This document shows, one piece after another, positions 55,701 through 64,000 of a stretch of 64,000 bases of DNA; position 1 is the stretch's first letter; each line of letters starts with the position of its first letter. The position numbers were made by a program, and so were the translations under genes. The DNA comes from Macrostomum lignano. Taxonomy: Eukaryota. The notes under the pieces were generated by a model. That model was given only the letters and a program-made list of their open reading frames with translations. It was not told where the DNA came from and searched no databases. Location: positions 744,001-808,000 of the forward strand of contig NIVC01000061.1 in assembly GCA_002269645.1 (NCBI GenBank), given 5' to 3'.

Positions 55701-58700
55701 GACTGGAAGGCAGCCAACACCGGTACTGAAGGCAACGACAACTGGAAGGCAGCCAACACCGGATCTGAAAGCAGCAACGACAACTGGAAGGCAGCCAACA
55801 CCGGTTCTGAGAGCATCAACGACAACTGGAAGGCAGCCAACACCGGTACTGAAGGCAACGACAACTGGAAAGCAGCCAACACCGGATCTGAAAGCAGCAA
55901 CGACAACTGGAAGGCAGCCAACACCGGTTCTGAGAGCATCAACGACAACTGGAAAGCAGCCAACACCGGATCTGAGAGCAGCAACGACAACTGGAAGGCA
56001 GCCAACACCGGTACTGAAGGCAACGACAACTGGAAGGCAGCCAACACCGGATCTGAGAGCAGCAACGACAACTGGAAGGCAGCAAACACTGGTACTGAAG
56101 GCAACGACAACTGGAAGGCAGCCAACACCGGATCTGAAAGCAGCAACGACAACTGGAAGGCAGCCAACACCGGTTCTGAGAGCATCAACGACAACTGGAA
56201 GGCAGCCAACACTGGTACTGAAGGCAACGACAACTGGAAGGCAGCCAACACCGGATCTGAAAGCAGCAACGACAACTGGAAGGCAGCCAACACCGGTTCT
56301 GAGAGCAACAACGACAACTGGAAGGCAGCCAACACCGACTTCCAGTCAGCCAGCAGCGAGAACAAAGACAGCAACTACATTGAGTACAAGACAAACAGTC
56401 AGCAGGGCTCAGACTCTGAGAGTTCCTTCAATGCCAACAAGAAGGACGGCGCGAGCGGTGCCGAATTCAGCAAGCAGTACAACACTTTAGACAATGCCTT
56501 CAGCGACAGCAGCGACCAGCAGCAGCAGCAAGAAGAACAGCAGGAAGTCGGTAGCGCCAATCTCAACAGTTACGACTGGAACTTCGGCGACAACAATGAA
56601 CTCCGCGCTGATTACTGAGCGCTTTGAATTGGCTTTTGATGTCAATGCGAACTTCATGCTGTTACTGAAGTCGTTTCTTTCGTTTGATTTCTGATTAGTA
56701 ATGATTCGTTGTTTTTGTTCAAAATATACTACTTGTTGATAAAACAATTCGCTTGGTTTTTGTCGCTGATTTTTGACTGACTTTTATGAAAATAGGGTTA
56801 AAAAACAAGTATTTTATAGATTTGAAAGTACATGGGATGGATGGAAAAATGGAAATCACTAGGTATATTGTGGATAGTTTCTCGTCAATATAGGATTTCC
56901 GATGTTGTGAAGCTAATGTGAATACCGAAGATAATGTATGGCATTATTCTAATAAGAGCCTATACAAGCAGTTGCTTGGATTATACACTGCGTGTTCTGA
57001 ATTCTGAACATTTTGGAGTGTGCGGATCCCTCAGTAACATGGGGTGTTTTCTTAGTGACCTGGGGTATTCCCTTAGTGACATGGGGTATTCCCTTAGTGA
57101 CATGGGGTATTCCTTCAGTAACATGGGATATTCCCTCAGTGACATGGAGTGTTCCCTTAGTGACATGGGGTATTCCCTTAGTGACATGGGGTATTCCCTT
57201 AGTGACATGGGGTATTCCCTTAGTGACATGGGGTATTCCCTTAGTGACATGGGGTATTCCCTTGGTGACATGGGGTATTCCCTCAGTAAAATGAGGGAAT
57301 TATGTATTCCCTCCTTATTTCAACATAAAAACTCATCCAGTCTCCTCCCTCATCAAACTGCAAATCTCAGGCCCACCTGCAAATCCCCATCTGGCCAAGG
57401 AGGCGCAGCGACTGTACAGTCCGCTGACGGGCCGCCTGGTGGCCGGTGGCGACGCTGCAGCGACATCTGCCATCGGCAAGCTGGAGCTGCTGCAGGGCTC
57501 CGTGATAAGCATGCTGTGCCGCATCCTGCAGACTCAGGACCGAGCCGCTGTGCAGGCCTGGCTGATGGCCGCTTCGCCTAGAGAGCGCGAACTCGTGACC
57601 GACATTATCCAATCCTCGGTGGCCAACCGGGACGAGTATTTTGTGGTGAGGCTCGACTGAGTTAATTGGGTAGAATTTTACTGCCGAAACTCGGCTGAGA
57701 TAGAGAGACTTGAGCATAATTATAGGGGAGTAGAGGAAGGGAGAAGGGGAGTAGAGTGATGGAGAAGGGGAGTAGAGGGATGGAGAAGGGGAGTAGAGTG
57801 AGGGAGAAGGGGAGTAGAGTGAGGGAGAAGGGGAGTAGAGTGAGGGAGAAGGGGAGTAGAGTGATGGAGAAGGGGAGTAGAGGGATGGAGAAGGGGAGTA
57901 GAGTGAGGGAGAAGGGGAGTAGAGTGAGGGAGAAGGGGAGTAGAGTGATTGAGAAGGGGAGTAGAGTGATGGAGAAGGGGAGTAGAGTGAGGGAGAAGGG
58001 GAGTAGAGTGAGGGAGAAGGGGAGTAGAGTGAGGGAGAAGGGGAGTAGAGTGAGGGAGAAGGGGAGTAGAGTGAGGGAGAAGGGAGTAGAGTGAGGGAGA
58101 AGGGGAGTAGAGTGAGGGAGAAGGGGAGTAGAGTGAGGGAGAAGGGGAGTAGAGTGAGGGAGAAGGGGAGTAGAGTGAGGGAGAAGGGGAGTAGAGTGAG
58201 GGAGAAGGGGAGTAGAGTGAGGGAGAAGGGGAGTAGAGTGAGGGAGAAGGGGAGTAGAGTGATGGAGAAGGGGAGTAGAGTGAGGGAGAAGGGGAGTAGA
58301 GTGAGGGAGAAGGGGAGTAGAGTGAGGGAGAAGGGGAGTAGAGTGAGGGAGAAGGGGAGTAGAGTGAGGGAGAAGGGGAGTAGAGTGAGGGAGAAGGGGA
58401 GTAGAGTGAGGGAGAAGGGGAGTAGAGTGAGGGAGAAGGGGAGTAGAGTGAGGGAGAAGGGGAGTAGAGTGAGGGAGAAGGGGAGTAGAGGGATGGAGAA
58501 GGGGAGTAGAGTGAGGGAGAAGGGGAGTAGAGGGATGGAGAAGGGGAGTAGAGTGAGGGAGAAGGGGAGTAGAGTGAAGGAGAAGGGGAGTAGAGGGAGG
58601 GAGAAGTGAAGTAGAGTGAGGGAGAGAGAGAAAGAGAAAATAAATGAATGAGAAACAGAAATACTTTGCGCAATAAAAGATTTCCATCAGAGCAGCCAAT

Positions 58701-58910
58701 ACCCACCAACCTCCAGCAGGAGTCGCTGCCGGCCGCATGCAGCATCTGCCGCACCGAGTCCAGGCTGCCAACGCGGAGCTCGAGAAAGACTGTCACCACC
58801 GACAGCGGCAGCGGCGGCGACGGCGCCACCAAGCCGTCAACGGCTGCCGAGTCGGCGGGGAACTCGGCGAGTTCCAGCCGGCAGCCGACCGCGGTCCAGC
58901 TGAGTCTTGA
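49788..58910 (+). CDS. TBATA: TBATA/SPATIAL-family protein, 3-4 exons
   Basis: Exons 49788-49960, 50377-50624, 57371-57635 (or read-through to the stop at 57660) and probable 58691-58910, with compatible phases. Recalled family motifs: TRHNPHPHRCVHISSLHG..V..V.D, AWRGALSSL, LYSPLTGRL, MLCRILQTQDRAAVQAWLMAASPRERELV. Confidence 0.68.
49961..50165. repeat. ~18-21-bp minisatellite starting at the TBATA intron-1 donor
   Basis: GTGAGTTCC..., then CTGAGTTCC..., then GAGTACCTGTTCGTGGGTGCT. Confidence 0.85.
50745..51070. repeat. 12-bp pyrimidine repeat (CTGCCTCTCTCC)
   Basis: Direct reading. Confidence 0.9.
52016..52021 (+). promoter_or_regulatory. Candidate TATA box of the nested repeat-protein gene
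   Basis: TATAAA about 75 bp upstream of ATG 52095; an ATTGG (reverse CCAAT) lies near 51855. Confidence 0.4.
52095..56618 (+). CDS. Uncharacterised secreted tandem-repeat protein (1507 aa), single exon, nested in TBATA intron 2
   Basis: Stop-free 4.5-kb ORF. Signal peptide MSARLHPLLIALALWASLTLA|AP; block A about 50 x GSKDDDWKV(P/S/T)K(T/S)(N/G)A; block B about 45-50 x WKAANTG(S/T/F)ESSND(N/D); unique acidic C-terminus. All repeat length variation is in multiples of 3; TATAAA lies upstream. Confidence 0.85.
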   Translation: MSARLHPLLIALALWASLTLAAPPFGTDTGNNGSDDDWKVSETGAGSKDDDWKVSKTGAAKNDDDWKIAKTGAGSKEDDWKVPKTVAGNKENAGTKDNDSNVAKTGAAKKNDDWKVPKTNAGSKDDDWKVTKSGAGSKDDDWKVPKTNAGSKDDDWKVPKTNAGSKDDDWKVPKTNAGSKDDDWKVTKSGAGSKDDDWKVPKTNAGSKDDDWKVPKTNAGSKDDDWKVTKSGAGSKDDDWKVPKTNAGSKDDDWKVPKTNAGSKDDDWKVPKTNAGSKDDDWKVTKSGAGSKDDDWKVPKTNAGSKDDDWKVPKTNAGSKDDDWKVTKSGAGSKDDDWKVPKTNAGSKDDDWKVPKTNAGSKDDDWKVSKTNGGSKNDDWKVFKTNGGSKNDDWKVPKTNSGSKDDDWKVPKTNAGSKDDDWKVPKTNAGSKDDDWKVTKSGAGSKDDDWKVPKTNAGSKDDDWKVPKTNAGSKDDDRKVTKSGAGSKDDDWKVPKTNAGSKDDDWKVPKTNAGSKDDDWKVSKTNGGSKNDDWKVFKTNGGSKNDDWKVSKTNSGSKDDDWKVSKTNAGSKDDDWKVSKTGAAKKDDDWKVSKTNGGSKNDDWKVSETGAGSKENTGTKDDEWKVSKTNAGSKDDDWKVSETGAAKKDDDWKVSKTGAGSKENTGTKDDDWKVPKTNAGSKEDDWKVPKTVAGNKENTGTKEDDWKVLKTVAGSKDDDWKVSETGAAKKYDDLKVSKTNGGSKDNDRKVAKTGADSNGKSIWKAANTGSESSNDDWKAANTGSESSNDDWKAANIGSESSNDDWKAANTGSESNNDDWKAANTGFESKNDNWKAANTGSESNNDNWKAANTGTEGNDNWKAANTGSESSNDNWKAANTGSESSNDNWKAANTGSESSNDNWKAANTGSESSNNWKAANTGSESKNDALKAANTGSESSNDDWKAANIGSESSNDDWKAANTGSESNNDDWKAANTGFESKNDNWKAANTGTEGNDNWKAANTGSESSNDNWKAANTGSESSNDNWKAANTGSESNNDNWKAANTGTEGNDNWKAANTGSESSNDNWKAANTGSESSNNWKAANTGSESKNDALKAANTGSESSNDDWKAANTGSESSNDDWKAANTGSESSNDDWKAANTGFESKNDNWKAANTGTEGNDNWKAANTGSESSNNWKAANTGSESKNDALKAANTGSESSNDDWKAANTGTEGNDNWKAANTGSESSNDNWKAANTGSESINDNWKAANTGTEGNDNWKAANTGSESSNDNWKAANTGSESINDNWKAANTGSESSNDNWKAANTGTEGNDNWKAANTGSESSNDNWKAANTGTEGNDNWKAANTGSESSNDNWKAANTGSESINDNWKAANTGTEGNDNWKAANTGSESSNDNWKAANTGSESNNDNWKAANTDFQSASSENKDSNYIEYKTNSQQGSDSESSFNANKKDGASGAEFSKQYNTLDNAFSDSSDQQQQQEEQQEVGSANLNSYDWNFGDNNELRADY
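57025..57290. repeat. 21-bp minisatellite (TTCCCTTAGTGACATGGGGTA)
   Basis: Direct reading. Confidence 0.9.
57724..58625. repeat. 21-bp purine-rich minisatellite (GGAGTAGAGTGAGGGAGAAGG)
   Basis: About 43 copies. Confidence 0.95.
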
Positions 58911-59154
58911 AGGCGGCCTGACCGGGACGGGAAAACCGTGGGCTGCCCGCGCTGCCGCTCTGACCCCGGTGACGGCGGCCGGCCGAAGGACCAGCCTGCC
59001 CTCGCTGCTGGCTGGGAAGGCCGGGGACCGTGGCAGAAGAATGTGAGGGGGAGGGGCGGATGGGGAGAGGCGAAAAAGGATGAGGAAGGCGGACGGTAGA
59101 AAAAGAGCTGATGGCAGAGACATGGGCAGATAAAGAGAAAGGAAAGGGAATGGG

Positions 59155-59530
59155 AGCGGAAGGGGCGAATAGGGGGAGGATGGGGCGGATAGGGGGAGGA
59201 TGGGGCGGATAGGGGGTGGGGCGGATAGGGGGAGGATGGGGCGGATAGGGGGAGGATGGGGCGGATAGGGGGAGGATAAGGCGGATAGTAGAAGGATAAG
59301 GCGGATAGGGGAAGGATGGGGCGGATAGGGGGAGGATGGGGCGGATAGGGGGAGGATGGGGCGGATAGGGGAAGGGTGGGGCGGATAGGGGAAGGATGGG
59401 GCGGATAGGGGGAGGATGGGGCGGATAGGGGAAGGGTGGGGCGGATAGGGGGAGGATGGGGCGGATAGGGGAAGGATGGGGCGGATAGGGGAAGGATGGG
59501 GCGGATAAGGGGAAGGATGGGGCGGATAGG
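59155..59530. repeat. 20-bp G-rich minisatellite (GGGGCGGATAGGGGGAGGAT)
   Basis: Direct reading. Confidence 0.9.
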
Positions 59531-59867
59531 GGAGAGAAATGGCAGGGAAAGTATCAAGTGCACTATTTTTTTAACTATTTATGATACCTTTTTTGATTGC
59601 AATTCCTTCAGATTGCGCCAGTGACAGCACTGGCAATTGAGAATCGGCGATTCAAAAGAAAAACTGATAGGGCCGTCCTGATCAAGAATGCTTTGACAAC
59701 AAACTATTGCGCTTTTTTACTAATAGTAGCGTGCACCAGCCGTGCCGAAAGATATCAAACTTAACTTTGCTTTTTTACAAGTACATTGTGTCATTTTCGC
59801 AAAAATAAAAAGTGCTCCTAATTGGATAGAGAGATGGAGTAGCTAAACACTGTGTATTTTTTCACCA

Positions 59868-60240
59868 TGGTTTCAGGGAGTGCTCTGTCACCATGGTTAC
59901 GGGGAGTGTTCTGTCATTGTTATGGACAGGGCTCTGTCACCATGGTTACGGGGAGTGCTCTGTCATGGTTATGGAGACGGCTCTGTCACCATGGTTACGG
60001 GGGGTGCTCTGTCATGGTTACGGAGACGGCTCTGTCACCATGGTTACGGGGAGTGCTCTGTCATGGTTATGGAGACGGCTCTGTCACCATTGTTACGGGG
60101 GGTGCTCTGTCATGGTTATGGAGACGGCTCTGTCACCATGGTTACGGGGGGTGCTCTGTCATGGTTACGGAGACGGCTCTGTCACCATGGTTACGGGGGG
60201 TGCTCTGTCATGGTTACGGACAGGGCTCTGTCACCACGGT
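59868..60240. repeat. 49-bp minisatellite with internal CTCTGTCA..ATGGTTA subrepeats
   Basis: Direct reading. Confidence 0.85.
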
Positions 60241-60376
60241 TTCCTACTTAATAAACAACGAGAATAAAATAGCCAACAGTTTGAAATCCTAAGCAGAATA
60301 ATTAAAGGACAAAAGCAGAAAACACGTCAAGGCACTGTTGAGAAGGCAATGTGTTATCGAATACTCCGTGCTCCCC

Positions 60377-61215
60377 AGTCGTGCACCGTGGTTCGCGCAT
60401 CAGCGGACGAACTTCTGCCAGTTGGCGTCGGTCTCGATGGCGGCCTCCACGGCGGCGTCTCCGTAAAGAACCTGGCGGCAGGCGCGGGTGGCCCTGTTGA
60501 ACAGGACGGCCCTGCACGCGCGGTTGGCGGCGCACAGGGACACGCAGTGGATCCGGTTCCTGGCTGTGACCTCCTCGCCGCGGCAGCAGAACGGCGAGAC
60601 GTGCAGCGGCTGGACTGTCGGGCAGGCCTACAGCACGGCCGGCTCGCAGATGAAGCCGTAGTTGCTGGTGCACACCGCGTCCGACAGCTACAGCAGGGGA
60701 TGGATCTTGCTATTGATGAGGCTCAGGCAGTCATCTTCGGCATTAAGACTGTCGGGTCAGCCAGACAGCAGCTAGCCATCAATACTCATCCAGCCTCTGC
60801 GAGACGTGCCAGCCTCCTTCAGCATGTCGGTGAAGCCTAAAAAATATCGTTCACTGTGTGACACCGGCGAGATCAGTGGCGCCACTGCGATCAGGTTGCT
60901 CACTGTGCTTCGCACCAGTTCAAGTTCCCAATAGTGTTTGCTGGCCTCACATGTTGGCAGAATCCGTACTGCAGGGTGAAGTTCGATGGACAACCCGCGG
61001 CCAGACTCGGCAGGAGGAGCAGCAGAGCCAGCAGCTAAGCTTAGATAAAGGCAGACATTGTGAAGGGCTTGAATTGGTCTAGAATGGCAAATTGACTGCT
61101 GAGGCATCTGCGGCTTTAATATCCAAGATGAAGTGGGGTGCAGATGAAGAGACGGGCATTTGTCTCCGGGGACAGGGGTGAACAGGTGATGTTGGAAGTA
61201 GAGAACTGGGCGCAT
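60377..61215 (-). pseudogene. C-type lectin domain + PAN/apple domain pseudogene
   Basis: One continuous frame: RYFLGFTDMLKEAG...WMSIDG*LLSG*PDSLNAEDDCLSL...LL*LSDAVCTSNYGFICEPAVL*ACP...HCVSLCAANRACRAVLFNRATRACRQV...WQKFVR*. Four premature stops and no frameshift in this stretch. Confidence 0.7.
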
Positions 61216-61652
61216 GGCGACACAGCGGCTAGTTGCTTTCTGGAGCAGCAATCATTTGTAATAAATTATTCAGCTGCTGCCTGCCGACGGGGCTCAAGGC
61301 AATGACAAATAAAATGATAAAACACTTCGGACTGCGGTTAGCGAAATGGGCGGCAACGCCTCCTCGCTGTTTCCGGACGCACGGAGCCCCCTGCAGCTGA
61401 GTCAAGTAAGTCAATATAGAGAATCCGAAATTGAGGCTGAAGAGTCAGGCCTGATGAGGCATAATAAGGCCTAGAAACTTTGGAATAATAAATTGGTGGC
61501 TGCATTCGCTGTCTCCCACCAACACCAACACCAGCAGCGTGCACTGCGGCATTGTTGAGTCAGCCAGCTGCAACGGGGGCTCCATCAACAGCTGGTCCGA
61601 AAATATTTGAGGACTCGTGCAGGAGGCAAAGGACCCATGGGATCATGACTCA

Positions 61653-62703
61653 TCTTGTCTTGTCTTGTCGGGCCATTCGACCTCCTAAGAGGCATGCCTC
61701 TCATTGGCTTTGAGTCGGTTCCGCGGTGCAGACTTTTCGGTGTCTTGCTATATTTGTTTTTGAGATGCTCTTGTTGCAACCTGGGCAAGCAATCTTGGCT
61801 CCTCTCGGTACGTCGGTTGGTTCAGGTCTGCCCGTCGTGTCGGCGTCTTGGCTCTCTTCCTCTTGTTGGTACCCTGTTTGTAGGCCATTGTACTGCGCTC
61901 CTGGGCTGGAGACAGTACGGGCAAGTCCCTTTCGGGGCGCCTTTGCAGATCTTCAGGTGGTTCGTCTCTCTGGCCTTGTTAATTAGGATGTCTCCGCATC
62001 TTGGGCACTTCTTCTCCTCTTGTCTCTGTTCTCGATGCATCCTGGTGTTGTGAATCTTCAGTCCCGTGTGAGTCTTGAACTCTCTGTTGCAGATGATGCA
62101 GTATCTGTCCTCTGTTTGACGTCCTGTTTGTTCCCTTGGCATGACTGTGTTCTTGTTCATTGCTTTCATCTCTTCCCATTTTGATATGTGCTCCACTCTT
62201 GCTTTGACTGCCGTTTTCCAAGATCCTCGGTCCCTTGCGATCTGCTCGATGTCGTCCGGTTCGTATCCAGCTTTTCGTATTACTTTTCGCCAGTAGTCTA
62301 TGGTTGTTTGTTTGCGCTTTCTCACTGTCGTCCTTGGTAGTCTTCTCTTTGGCCAGCCCAGAGTTACCTGCTTCGTGATCCGGAAGTTCTCCATGCGGAG
62401 CAGGTGGCCGATCCTTTCCAGCGTTCTGATTTCGATTTTACTTTCGATGCTCCTTACTTGTAGTTGTCCACGTACTTCGAACATGTTCACTCCCCATTCT
62501 TCCATCTCGCGTAGGGGCTGTTTTGCTGCTCCAGATGTACCGATGGTATCTTGTCATTTTGATGTTAGAGTGAATCAGCCGCTGCAGATCTTTACATCGG
62601 TTTTGGCCTCCTTTGCATTTGCTGCTCCCTTTTTGTTTCCGCACAGCCGAGGCGTGCGGTCTACGCTTGCTACCGCTAGAAGGTAGGTGCAGCATGAGCA
62701 AGC
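61653..62703 (-). mobile_element. 5'-truncated non-LTR retrotransposon (post-RT region + C2H2 fingers) with a 13-bp TSD
   Basis: GVNMFEVRGQL...RTLERIGHLLRM...KQVTLGW; CIICNREFKTHTGLKIHNTRMH; (ACAAG)n tail; GGATCATGACTCA duplicated at 61640-61652 and 62704-62716. Confidence 0.8.
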
Positions 62704-62735
62704 GGATCATGACTCACCAGCCTCCGCCAGCGGCC

Positions 62736-63860
62736 TCATCATCATAATCATCATCTTCTTCTTCTTCATCTTTTTCTTCTTCTTCTTCTTTTTCTTCTTC
62801 TTTTTCTTCTTTTTCTTTTCTTCTTTTTCTTCATCTTCTTTTCTTCTTTTTCTAATTGCCGTTCTCGCTTTTCGGCTTGGCTCCCTCAGGGCCCTCCGCA
62901 TGTCCTCTAGTGTCTCGTCATGTTGGTTGCCGATAGGTTCTTTCTGCAGAAATCACAGCTCTTTGTTTTCGCTCGATACTTCCTTGGTGGAGTGGTCTGC
63001 GTTTCCTGTGCTACTTCCGGTGCCTGATCAGGTTGGACGTCCTTACTCTCTTCCCGCACTTCTCGCACGCCGTCTTCCCACTGTCTTCCGGTTCTCCTCT
63101 ACAGCTCTTTCTATGATTTTTTATCGTTGCTTCTTGTGCAAAGGTTTTGCTGCATTTGCTACATTCGAATTGTACCTGCATGCCCTTGACGCGGTGTATT
63201 CTTTTTGCCATGTATTGTGAGTCCTGCTTTGCTCCTACAGATTTTCTCACACCCTTCATATTCGCATTTGAAGTCCGTTCTCTCTTCTTTCTCTTTCTTT
63301 CTCTCTCTAGGTTTCGCTTCTGGCTTCTCCTCCGTTTCTTCTGGTGGATGGGACCTCTGTAGCGGATTGCTGTCCCTTTCGCCTTCGATCCCCTTAGCTC
63401 GACTCCTCTCCCATTCTTGCATCTCTTTCGTTCTCGTTTCCACAATGGATTTCCACTTCATCGAGTGCTCCTGATTCCCTCCAGTTTCTTGCACCAGCCT
63501 AGTACTGCTTTCTTAGGCTGCCTCTCGTCTGGCATGCGTAACACGTGGCCGATACGAATGAAATGTGCTCGTTCGATCTTCACTCTCACTGATGCTAGGC
63601 CTAACTCGTTCCTAATGTCTTGCATATTAATGCCCTTCTTCTTTCATCTGTTACAGTAGTGTGCTCTCGATTACATGCTTCAACCACTCGGCCTAGCGTT
63701 CTTTTGGAGAGTCTACACTTTACGAAGCTCTCTTGCTCCTCTTGCTTCTGATCGTTGCTTTTTTCTTCGAAACGCAGCATCACCTCCTTTTTCATTGTTT
63801 CGAGACCGCCAGCCAATTCTCCGCGATTCCCGCGATTAGGGAAATAGAAGGGCACAGTTG
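62736..63860 (-). mobile_element. Degraded 5'-truncated non-LTR retrotransposon fragment, related family
   Basis: GINMQDIRNELGLASVRVKIERAHFIRIGHVLRMPDERQPKKAVLGW; fingers CEYEGCEKICRSKAGLTIH, CSKCSKTFAQEATIKNHRKSC, CEKCGKRVRTSNLIRH; frameshifts; (GAA)n/(GAT)n tail at 62736-62850. Confidence 0.75.
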
Positions 63861-64000
63861 GCTGTGGGATTTGTCTCTGGGGGGGATAGACAGGTGACGT
63901 CTTTTTAATGAATTATTCAGCTGTACGCTGCGCTATTGCTCTGACGGGGCTCAAGGCTATAAAAATTAAAAAAAGTAAGTAAGTAAGGGGGCTAAGTAAG

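Noticed and set aside
51980-56374. 1464-aa antisense ORF opposite the repeat protein
   Set aside because: A by-product of repeat codon usage lacking TTA/CTA/TCA in that register; no independent start context or domain.
52095-56618. Classical amidated neuropeptide precursor
   Set aside because: No regular KR/RR/GKR sites, and Trp is not followed by Gly; only monobasic processing remains as a weak option.

Overview
Eukaryotic (metazoan) genomic DNA: GC-rich, low-complexity exons separated by introns filled with minisatellites. The style suggests a free-living flatworm such as Macrostomum, but that is inference only. The minus strand carries three genes in tandem: TBC1D22 (about 40.9-36.1 kb), single-exon MRPS12 (30.5-29.9 kb) and a long SZT2 (starts at 29070; 15 exons traced; continues past the left edge). 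One 7.7-kb SZT2 intron holds a nested secreted PAN-like/fibrinogen-domain gene and a near-intact CsRn1-type Ty3/gypsy LTR retrotransposon. The plus strand carries a TBATA/SPATIAL-family gene. Its second intron contains a single-exon gene for a 1507-aa secreted, Cys-free protein built from two blocks of Trp-anchored 13-14-aa repeats; this is the best candidate for an undescribed protein. The right end has a C-type-lectin/PAN pseudogene and two 5'-truncated LINE fragments. Other notable signals are tandem arrays of non-autonomous Helitron-like units, intronic arrays whose units look like whole micro-introns (GT...AG), a CpG desert, and a recurrent CpA/TpA (RIP-like) substitution pattern. Four frameshifts in conserved ORFs are each repaired by adding one base and are probably assembly errors. 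All coordinates were read by hand, and family assignments are from recalled motifs, not database searches.
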